Of a stretch of DNA of 64,000 bases, positions 21,025 through 30,297 are shown piece by piece. Source of the DNA: Anaeramoeba ignava BMAN (Eukaryota > Protista > Anaeramoebae); NCBI GenBank assembly GCA_028826165.1, contig JAPDFW010000101.1:124001-188000 (forward strand). Reading direction: 5' to 3'. The notes beneath the pieces were generated by a model. That model did no database searches. It was given only the letters and a program-made list of their open reading frames with translations, and had not been told where the DNA came from. The position numbers and the translations under genes were made by a program. Position 1 is the stretch's first letter; each line of letters begins with the position of its first letter.

Positions 21025-21745
21025 TTTATTAAAATATTTTATTAATTTTATTAAATTATTAAGAATAATTTTATATTATTTTAAATAAAGAAATATTGAT
21101 AAAATATATAAGATAAAATTAATTCTAAAATTATTTATTTAATATTCTTGATTTAATTTTTGAAATAAATTTATTAAAATATTTTATTAATTTTATTAAA
21201 TTATTAAGAATAATTTTATATTATTTTAAATAAAGAAAAGTTGATAAAATATATAAGATAAAATTGATTATAAAATTATTTATTTAATATTTTTGATTTA
21301 ATTTTTGAAATAAATTTATTAAAATATTTTTATTAATTTTATTAAATTATTAAGAATAATTTTATATTATTTTAAATAAAGAAATATTGATGAAATATAT
21401 AAGATAAAATTAATTCTAAAATTATTTATTTAATATTCTTGATTTAATTTTTGAAATAAATTTATTAAAATATTTTATTAATTTTATTAAATTATTTAGA
21501 ATAATTTTATATTATTTTAAATAAAGAAAAGTTGATAAAATATAAAAAATAAAATTAATTCTAAAATTATTTATTTAATATTTTTGATTTAATTTTTGAA
21601 ATAAATTTATTAAAATATTTTAATAATTTTATTAAATTATTTAGAATAAGTTTTATATTATTTTAAATAAAGAAATATTGATGAAATATATAAAATAGAA
21701 TTAATTCTAAAATTATTCATTTAATATTCTTGATTTAATTTTTTC
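21025..21745. repeat. Five tandem copies of a 145-146-bp AT-rich unit
   Basis: Unit starts at 21025, 21170, 21315, 21461 and 21606. Confidence 0.92.
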
Positions 21746-21782
21746 ATTTTTCATTTTTCATTTTTTTTTAGTTTTTATTTAA

Positions 21783-22832
21783 ATGAGTTCAATTTTAGGT
21801 TTAATTTTAGATACAAATATAAAATCTTGGGTTATTTTAGAAAAGAAATACCCAAAAATTAAATTCAAATCATTTCTTGAAAAATTACTTTTATTTCTAA
21901 ATTCATTTAAAATTTTGAATGAAAAAAACAAATATATAGTTATTGGAAATAATCAATTTAAAACAGAATTTATTTATCCAAATCAAAATGAAAAAGAAGA
22001 AGAAGAAAAAAAATCATTTGAAGAATTTGTTGATTCGGTTCAAAAACATCTTTTCACAACACAAAAACTAGCAAAGAAATCACAAGAAAAACAACCAGAA
22101 AAATCACTGCTTTCACAAGCGCTTTCAAGATCACTTTGCTATTTAAATTCGGAAATACAAAAGGATTTAGAAAAGGATAAAATACCAAAATTTTTAAAAC
22201 AAAAAAACATTATCAAGTCAATTTTAACAAGAAACAAACTTGAAAATGAACAAAAAAATACAGAAGAAAAAAAAACAGGAAATATATCAAATCAACAAGA
22301 AAAAACTGGAAGAAATGATGAAATCAAAACTGATTTTCTTGCTATTCAACCAAGAATTTTTGTGATCCAAATTTCGAGTGATTCACCTTCACAATATATT
22401 CCACTTATGAATTGTGTTTTTGCAGCACAAAAATCACAAATTCCAATAGATGTTTTAATGTTATCATCTCAAGATTCACAATTTCTTCAACAAGCAGCAA
22501 AACTAACAAATGGGATCTATTTTCGTCCCGAAATTTTTGATGAATCGCAAATTTTTAAGTTGATGATTTCAACTTATCTTATTGATTCAAATTCTCGTTC
22601 AAATTTCCTATTTCCTGAACCTATAAATATTAATAATTCCGCTACTTGTTTCTCTTCAGGAAAAAATATTGAACTTGGATTTGTTTGTTCTGCTTGTTTT
22701 TCAATTTTTTCTCAATTTTATCCAATTTGTCCAACTTGTAAATCCAAAATTTCCATTTTAAAACCTTTTTCAAAAATAATTGAAGATGAAAATGAAAATG
22801 AAAATGAAATTGAAAATGAAAAAGAAAAATAA
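21783..22832 (+). CDS. GTF2H3: TFIIH subunit p34/Tfb4
   Basis: vWA-like N-terminus (LGLILDTN...W); ALSRSLCYLN; PRIFVIQ...SQYIPLMNCVFAAQK; FLQQAAKLTNGIY; C-terminal GFVCSACFSIF...CPTC zinc finger. Confidence 0.93.
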   Translation: MSSILGLILDTNIKSWVILEKKYPKIKFKSFLEKLLLFLNSFKILNEKNKYIVIGNNQFKTEFIYPNQNEKEEEEKKSFEEFVDSVQKHLFTTQKLAKKSQEKQPEKSLLSQALSRSLCYLNSEIQKDLEKDKIPKFLKQKNIIKSILTRNKLENEQKNTEEKKTGNISNQQEKTGRNDEIKTDFLAIQPRIFVIQISSDSPSQYIPLMNCVFAAQKSQIPIDVLMLSSQDSQFLQQAAKLTNGIYFRPEIFDESQIFKLMISTYLIDSNSRSNFLFPEPININNSATCFSSGKNIELGFVCSACFSIFSQFYPICPTCKSKISILKPFSKIIEDENENENEIENEKEK

Positions 22833-22989
22833 TAAATAAACCAAAAATTTTTTAAAAAACCAATTTTTTCATTTTTAATTTTTTCATTTTTTCATTTTTA
22901 ATTTTTCCATTTTTTTCACTTTCTTTTCTTTCCAAATTTTTTGCCTATTTAAAAAAAAATTAATTTAAAAATTTTAATTTAAATATAAA

Positions 22990-25779
22990 ATGTTATCAAA
23001 TTTAAATCCTTCTTCAAGAAAAACAAGTTTTTTCAAAAGAAAAATTCCCAAAACAGAACAAAAAAAAAGAAAATCAAAAAACCAAAAACAAATTAAAAGA
23101 GTTTTATCAATGAGATTAATACATTTCAAAACAAACAAGCCAAGAATACAATTACCAAAAATTAGAAGAAAAAAAATAAAGCAACCTCATAAAATTTATA
23201 TTATAATTGAAGAAATTTATATTCAAAATAAATTGAATCAAATTGAATTTATTGATCCAAAAAAATTCTTGAATAATAGTTTTTCTCGAGAATCAGTTTT
23301 CTCAGAGAATCCATTGGATCCATTGATGATTCCCATGCTAAAAGATTCTAGAAACTTGCTTCCAAATTCTGTTCTAATTGATTCTAATTTAGATCCGATT
23401 GAAATCATCCAAAAAAATTTTCAATCGTTTGAGTTTCAAAAATACAATAACAATTTATTATCTCAATCATCAAATTTGGAATTCTTCAATTATTCTAATC
23501 AAGTCTTAACTGAAAATCACTTGGAAATGATGTTTCAAAAAGAACTTTGTTATAAACCCAATGAATATTATCTTTTAAATCCAGAATTTTCTCAACAATT
23601 TCGAATTAATTTTGTGGAAAAAATATCAAAATTTTGCTGGATTCTAAATTTACATAAGAAAACTTTTTATTATGCATTGAATTATTTTGAAAGATTATTA
23701 AATTCAATTCCAAAAATAGTTGTAAATAATTTAAATCTTGTTATAACAACTTGTATTTTTATTGCTTCAAAAATTCAAGAAATTGATGTTCCTTCAATCA
23801 ATTTTTTCAATCAAATATTAAGTGGAAATACAAATCAAGATCGAAAATCTGAAATTAAAAAAATGGAACTTTTTATTCTTAAAAATCTTGATTATCTTCT
23901 AATTCCTCAAACTCCTTATTGTTTTCTTAAATATTTTTTAAATCGTGCTCGTTTTTTGTTTCCTTTGGATAGGCAAAGTGTTTATAGAAAAATGAATCAA
24001 AATATTAATTTAGCTCCTGAAGTTTCTTTTGTTTCAGAACACTTTACAATTTTGATTAAAAATCTATTTAATTTAGAGAAGAATAAAAACGATAATTATG
24101 ATTTAGTTGATGATACAAATTTAAATACAAATACAAATACAAAATCAAATACAAATACAAATTTAAATACAAATACAAAATTAAATACAAATACAAATAG
24201 AAATACAAAATTAAATTCAAATTTAAATACAAATTCAAATTCAAATATAAATTCAAATATAAATACAAATATAAATACAAATATAAATACAAATTCAAAT
24301 TCAAAATCAAATTCAAATACAAATACAAATACAAATTTAAATACAAATTCAAATACAAATTTAAATACAAATTTAAATTCAAAATTAAATACAAATACAA
24401 ATTTAAATACAAATTTAAATACAAATATAAATTCAAATTCAAATTCAAATTCAAATTCAAATCCAAATACAAATACAAATACAAATTTAAATACAAATAT
24501 AAATACAAATATAAATTCAAAATCAAATTCAAATACAAATTTAAATCCAAAATCAAATACAAATTCAAATACAAATCCAAATTCAAATTCAAATATAAAT
24601 ACAAATTTAAATACAAATTTAAATTCAAATTCAAATATAAATTCAAATACAAATTCAAATACAAATTTAAATACAAATTCAAATACAAACACAAATTCAA
24701 ATTTAAATACAAATACAAATACAAATTTAAATACAAATTCAAATACAAATTCAAATACAAATTTAAATACAAATTTAAATACAAATTCAAATACAAATTT
24801 AAATACAAATTTAAATTTAAATTCAAATACAAATACAAATACAAATTTAAATTCAAATTCAAATCCAAATACAAATTCAAATTCAAATACAAATACAAAT
24901 ACAAATACAAATACAAATTCAAATACAAACACAAATTCAAATTTAAATACAAATTCAAATACAAATATAAATACAAATTCAAATTTAAATACAAATAAAA
25001 ATACAAATTTAAAGTCAAATTCAATTTTAGATTCTATTTTTAATTCAAGTTTAAAAATACATCAAAAAAGAAATCCAAATTCAAAATCAAAGATAAATTC
25101 AAATTCTAAATCAAATCCAATTTTAGATTCTATTTTTAATTCAAATTCAAATTCAAATTCAAATACAGATTCAAATTCAAATTCAAATCCAAATTCAAAT
25201 ACAAATTCAAATTTAAATACAAATATAAATACAAATACAAATACAAATACAAATTCAAAATCAAATTCAAGATCAATTTATGATTCACTTTTTAATTCAA
25301 ATTTAAAATTAAAATCAAAACAAAAAAATAAAAGTAACTTTTTACAAAAAATACAAAAAATTATATTAGAAGAAAATAATGGAAATAATGAAAATGACAT
25401 ATCAGAAATAAAATCTACAACTTGCTTTTCCATGACAAGACTTTTTCGCTTACCAAAATTTGCAGAAAAAATTTATGCTTCTTTATGTGAAACAATTAAT
25501 ATTTCACTTTTTGATGAAAAGTCTCTTCATTTTCTTCCAAGTACAATTGCAGCATCTGTTTTGTCTCAATATTTTGTTCGAGATTCAGAACTCAAATTAA
25601 TTACACGATATTCTTTTGATGATTTAAGAATCTGTAATGAATGGATGTTTAAATATATAAAAATTCCAGTTAATTTTCAACAGGAAAATTCTATTAAAGG
25701 AATTGATCCTTTTAGTCGCCATATTTACAATAAAAATAACAATTTTGATCTATTATTTGGAAAAGATATAAAAAAATAA
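22990..25779 (+). CDS. Cyclin (cyclin E-like) with a very long in-frame Asn-X repeat insertion
   Basis: Cyclin box (RINFVEKI...LHKKTFYYALNYFERLL...TCIFIASKIQEIDVP...MELFILKNLDY..PQTPYCFL) and C-terminal cyclin fold (LHFLPSTIAASVL...LRICNEWM), separated by (N-T/S/L/I/P)n. Confidence 0.85.
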   Translation: MLSNLNPSSRKTSFFKRKIPKTEQKKRKSKNQKQIKRVLSMRLIHFKTNKPRIQLPKIRRKKIKQPHKIYIIIEEIYIQNKLNQIEFIDPKKFLNNSFSRESVFSENPLDPLMIPMLKDSRNLLPNSVLIDSNLDPIEIIQKNFQSFEFQKYNNNLLSQSSNLEFFNYSNQVLTENHLEMMFQKELCYKPNEYYLLNPEFSQQFRINFVEKISKFCWILNLHKKTFYYALNYFERLLNSIPKIVVNNLNLVITTCIFIASKIQEIDVPSINFFNQILSGNTNQDRKSEIKKMELFILKNLDYLLIPQTPYCFLKYFLNRARFLFPLDRQSVYRKMNQNINLAPEVSFVSEHFTILIKNLFNLEKNKNDNYDLVDDTNLNTNTNTKSNTNTNLNTNTKLNTNTNRNTKLNSNLNTNSNSNINSNINTNINTNINTNSNSKSNSNTNTNTNLNTNSNTNLNTNLNSKLNTNTNLNTNLNTNINSNSNSNSNSNPNTNTNTNLNTNINTNINSKSNSNTNLNPKSNTNSNTNPNSNSNINTNLNTNLNSNSNINSNTNSNTNLNTNSNTNTNSNLNTNTNTNLNTNSNTNSNTNLNTNLNTNSNTNLNTNLNLNSNTNTNTNLNSNSNPNTNSNSNTNTNTNTNTNSNTNTNSNLNTNSNTNINTNSNLNTNKNTNLKSNSILDSIFNSSLKIHQKRNPNSKSKINSNSKSNPILDSIFNSNSNSNSNTDSNSNSNPNSNTNSNLNTNINTNTNTNTNSKSNSRSIYDSLFNSNLKLKSKQKNKSNFLQKIQKIILEENNGNNENDISEIKSTTCFSMTRLFRLPKFAEKIYASLCETINISLFDEKSLHFLPSTIAASVLSQYFVRDSELKLITRYSFDDLRICNEWMFKYIKIPVNFQQENSIKGIDPFSRHIYNKNNNFDLLFGKDIKK
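24115..25300 (+). repeat. Coding hexamer repeat AAT-NNA (Asn-X)n inside the cyclin
   Basis: Directly visible; frame stays open throughout. Confidence 0.9.
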
Positions 25780-25917
25780 AATTGTTTTTATGATCTAAGA
25801 TTAATCTAATTTAAATTGAAAAACGAATTTTTAATCAAAAAAAAATTTTTATTTAAAAAAAAAAAGAAAAAATTTTTTTTCATTTTTTTCTTTTTTTTCA
25901 TTTTTTTCATATTTAAA

Positions 25918-28900
25918 ATGGAAACTGTTAAATTTTATGAATTTTTACCAAATCGTTTATATTTTTTTGGATCTCAAAATTTACTTGATTCAAGTCAATC
26001 AATAGATTATTATTTTACAATAGAAACTGAATTTCATTATGATCCTTTTTTATTTGATTTTGGTCCTTTTAATCTTTCTCAATTAACTCGTTTTTGTCGT
26101 TTATTACATTCAAAACTTCAAGTATATATTTTATTTTTATTCTTTTTTTTAACGATTATTTTTAACATTTCAAATTCAAATCTAATTAAAATTTAAATTA
26201 AAATTATAATTAAAATTAAAATTAAAATCAAAATTAAATTTATAATTAAAATTAAATTTATAATTAAAATTATTATAATTAAAATCATAATTAAAATTAA
26301 AATTAAATTAAAATTCAAAATTTAAATTAAAATTATAATTAAAATTAAAATTAAAATTAAAATTAAAATTAAAATTAAAATTAAAATTAAAATTAAAATT
26401 ATAATTATAATTAAAATTAAAATTAAAATTAAAATTAAAATTTAAAATTAATATTAAAAATTAAATTATAATCAAAATTAAAATCAAATTAAAATTAAAA
26501 TTAAAAATTAAAAATTAATATTAAATTAAATTTAAAATTAATATTTAAAATTAAAATTCAAAATTTTTATAATTAAAATTAAATTTATAATTAAAATTAA
26601 AATTAAAAATTAAAATTAAAATTAAAATTAAAATTAAAATTAAAATTAAAATTAAAATTAAAATTAAAATTAAATTAAAATTGAATTAAAATTAAAATTA
26701 TAATTAAAATTAAAATTAAAATTAAAATTAAAATTAAATTAAAATTAAAATTTAAATTAAAATTTAAATTAAAATTAAAATTAAAATTAAAATTAAAATT
26801 TAAAATTAAAATTAAATTAAAATTAAAATTAATATTAAAATTAAAATTTAAATTAAAATTAAAATTATAATTAAAATTAAAATTAATATTAAAATTAAAA
26901 TTAAAATTAAAATTAAAAATTAAAATTAAAATTAAAATTTAAAATTTATAATTAAAATTAATATTAAAATCAAAATTAAAATTTAAAATTAAAATCATAA
27001 TTAAAATTAAAATTAAAATTAAAATTAAAATTAAAATTAATATTAAAATTAATATTAAAATTAAAATTAAAATTATAATTAAAATTAAAATTAAAATTAA
27101 AATCAAAATTTATAATTAAAATTATTAAAATTCAAATTCAAATTAAAAATTAAAATTAATTAAAATCAAAATTTATAATTAAAATTAAATTTATAATTAA
27201 AATTAAAATCAATATTAAAATTAATATTAAAATTAAATTTTAGGATCCTAAACTTAAAAATAAAAGAATTTTCTTTTATTCACTTTCTGATTCACAAAAA
27301 TTCACAAATTCAGCACTTTTAATAAGTTCATTTATGGTAATAGTGATGCATAAAACACCAGAGGAAGCATTTAAACCATTTGAAAATTGTGATACATTTG
27401 TTGGATTTCGAGATGCATCATATGATCCACCTACATTTTTACTTTCGATTCAAGATGTTTTAAATGGATTATATAAAGCTATACAATTTAATTTTTATGA
27501 TTGGACTACTTTTTCAATTGAAGAATATGAATATCATGAAAAAGTTGAAAATGGTTATTTAAATTGGATTATTCCTGAAAAACTTCTTGCTTTTGGTTCA
27601 CCAAGAGATCTTCCTTCTAAATCTTGTTTTTTTGTTGATGAAGAAGATAATGAAAATGAGGATAATGAAGATAATGGAAATTATAATGAAACTAAAAATG
27701 ATCAAAATTTAGTTAATCAAGAAAATCCAATTATTCCAGAAAATCAAATTAATCAAGAAATTAATCAAGAAATCAATAAAGAAATTAATCAAGAAATTAA
27801 TCAAGAAATTAATCAAGAAATTAATCAAGAAATTAATCAAGAAATTAATCAAGAAATTAATCAAGAAATTAATCAAGAAATCAATAAAGAAATTAATCAA
27901 GAAATTAATCAAGAAATTAATCAAGAAATCATTAAAGAAATTAATCAAGAAATTAATCAAGAAATTAATCAAGACTTAAATAATAAAGAAACTTCAATGA
28001 ATATTGACCCCTCACAACCTAAAATTGAATATTTCGATGAAAATGATTTAAATTTCCAATATTGGACATCAAGTCAACATCTTGAATATTTTAAAAAGCA
28101 TAATATTACTTGCATTATCAGATTAAACCTCCCTTTATATGACCCTCAAATTTTTACCAAAAATGATATTTCACATTATGATCTTTATTTTGAAGATGGA
28201 AGTGTTCCTTCTTGGGAAATTATAAACTCATTCTTGAATATTGTAGAACAAGAAATTGAAACAAATAACAAAATTGGAACAAATCCAAATGAATTAGAAA
28301 ATTCAGAACAATCCAAAGACAAAGATCAAGACAAAGATCAAGAAAATCGTGAAAGAGTTGTTGCAGTTCATTGCTTTGGGATTGATACTCAAGTTTTAAT
28401 GGCTGATTTTTCTTCCAGAAAAATTCAAAATATTCAACCCAAAGATCAAGTTATGGGAATCGATTATTCCCCAAAAAAAGTAAAAACTATTATTCAAGGA
28501 AAAGGCAAATTATTTGAAGTTAAAAGAGCTCATCAAGAAAAATATATTGTTAGTGAAAAACATATTTTGTGTCTTCTGTTAAACAAGCAAACAAACAGAC
28601 AAATTGATATTCAATTCCAAAATGACGATTACTGGTTTTTTTTCCGTTATTTTGATTCTAATCACAATTTAGTTACAAAACGTTTTCCTGTTTTTCAAAA
28701 AAATATCGGTATTGAACAGAATGTGATCAATTTCTGTTGGAAAAATCAAACACTTTTTGATTCAAATTTTAATTATCTTGGAAAAAATCAAAAAATGGAA
28801 AAATTGATAATTGAAGAAAAAGACTTTTTGGATGTGAAAAGGAATTTTTCACGCGCATTTCTAGAAATGGAATATTATTACAAAAATAATTACGCAGTTG

Positions 28901-29853
28901 ATTTTGGTGATCGTATTGAAATTACTGTTGAAAAATATCTTCAGAAAACAAAAGAATGGAAAAACAATCATTCAGGATATTCATCATTTATGAATCAAAA
29001 TCAATGCGAATCAAATTGGAATTTGAATCAGAAAACAAATGGAAAAAATCTCAATTTGGATTTGCATGATATTGAAGTTTCTTTATATAAAAAACAGGGA
29101 AATTTTTATGGATTTGAATTGGAAGAAAAAGATCCTCGATTTTTATTAAAAGATTATACTGTTGTTCATAATTGTAAAGCAGGATTAGGAAGAACAGGAA
29201 CATTGATATCAATTTATTTAATGAAAAACTATAATTTTTCAGTTAGAGAAGCTATTGGTTTTTTAAGACTTTGTAGACCTGGTTCTGTTGTTGGTCATCA
29301 ACAACAATTTTTGGAAAAAATTAGTGATGAAGTTCAAGAATTAATAAAAGGAGGAAAACAAGTTCAAAAGAAAATTAATAAGATTGTTTCAAGTATTAAT
29401 AATGGATATTATCAAGATTATTTATATGAACAAGAAAATGTGAATGAAAATGTGAATGAAAATTTGAATGAAAATTTAAATCAAAATTTGGATGAAAATT
29501 TGAATGAAAATTTGAATGAAAATTTAAATGAAAATTTAAATGAAAATGTGAATCAAAATCAAGAAATTATTAAAGGAGATGAATTGATTGAATCTCAAAA
29601 AACAGCTCAACAAATGATAATAGAAAATTTAGAAGAATCTAAAAGAAAACAACAAACTCCAGATCAAACTCCAACTAAAACTCCAGATCAAACTCCAAAT
29701 CAAACTCCAACTAAAACTCCAAATCAAACTCCAGATCAACCTAAAAATTATAAAGCAATTCTTGCTCATAAAAGAATAGAATTATTACAAAAAAAACAAC
29801 AACATCATCAAAATCAAAATATTAAAAATCAACAAGAAAATTTAAAGAAATAA
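25918..29853 (+). CDS. CDC14: CDC14 dual-specificity phosphatase precursor containing an intein; exons 25918-26121 and 27244-29853
   Basis: DSPn domain (YEFLPNRLYF...HYDPFLFDFGPFNLSQLTRFC; FRDASY; YEYHEKVENGYLNWIIPEKLLAF), IIRLN...HYDLYFEDGSVP and the split signature VAVH|intein|CKAGLGRTG...LRLCRPGSVVGHQQ; GT..TAG intron 26122-27243. Confidence 0.95.
26122..27243 (+). repeat. CDC14 intron (1122 nt) filled with (AAAATT)n
   Basis: GTATAT donor and TTTTAG acceptor; phase 0 joining gives SKLQ|DPKLKNKRI, as expected for CDC14. Confidence 0.9.
27745..27975 (+). repeat. Coding 12-bp repeat (INQE)n within CDC14
   Basis: ATTAATCAAGAA tandem units, in frame. Confidence 0.9.
28372..29172 (+). mobile_element. 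Intein (VMA-type mini-intein, 267 aa, no recognisable homing endonuclease) inserted before the CDC14 catalytic Cys
   Basis: Block A CFGIDTQVLMAD; IQNIQPKDQVMG; block B YIVSEKHILCL; block F FYGFELE..DPRFLLKD; block G TVVHN followed by +1 Cys. Removing it restores VAVHCKAGLGRTG exactly. Confidence 0.96.
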
Positions 29854-30297
29854 TTCAAATTTAAAAAAAAAACAAAAAATTTGTTTTGTTTTTGTTTTTG
29901 CTTTTTTCTTTTTCTTTTCTCAATAAAATTCTTTTTCTTTTTTTTATTTTTTTTTTTTCGACTTTAATTTAAATTTTATTCTTCTTTTTTTTTTAAATTT
30001 GAATACTTAAAAAAAAAATCTAATTAAAAAAAAAATAATTAAAAAAATAAAAAAATACTTTTTTCCAAATCATTCCTTAATTTAAAAACGCGTGGAAATC
30101 CAACTCATAAGACAATTAATCAAAATAAATTAAAATTTTAAATTAAAAAAAAATTTTTTTCTTTTTCAATCATTTTTTTTTTTTTTTGGAAAATTGTTTT
30201 TTCCTTTTTTTTCTCTTTTATTGTTTATTATTTAAATTAGATTTATGAAAAATAAAAACAAAAACAAAAACAAAAACAAAAACAAAAAAATTTTCAA

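Noticed and set aside
24100-25300. Cyclin Asn-X tract as an unannotated intron
   Set aside because: The frame is maintained without indels or stops over >1 kb, and no typical GTAA-type donor borders it. Not fully excluded without RNA data.
25816-25917. N-terminal extensions from TTG starts in the ORF track (also 17456, 40972, 56910)
   Set aside because: Non-ATG starts in promoter T-tracts or internal exons. The real starts are ATG 25918 and 17534, and the others are spliced to upstream exons.
28372-29172. Insert as a spliceosomal or self-splicing intron, or a Hedgehog-type Hint domain
   Set aside because: No GT..AG ends; the insert is open and in frame, has complete intein N- and C-terminal motifs (C...HN/C) and is flanked by both halves of one conserved host motif.
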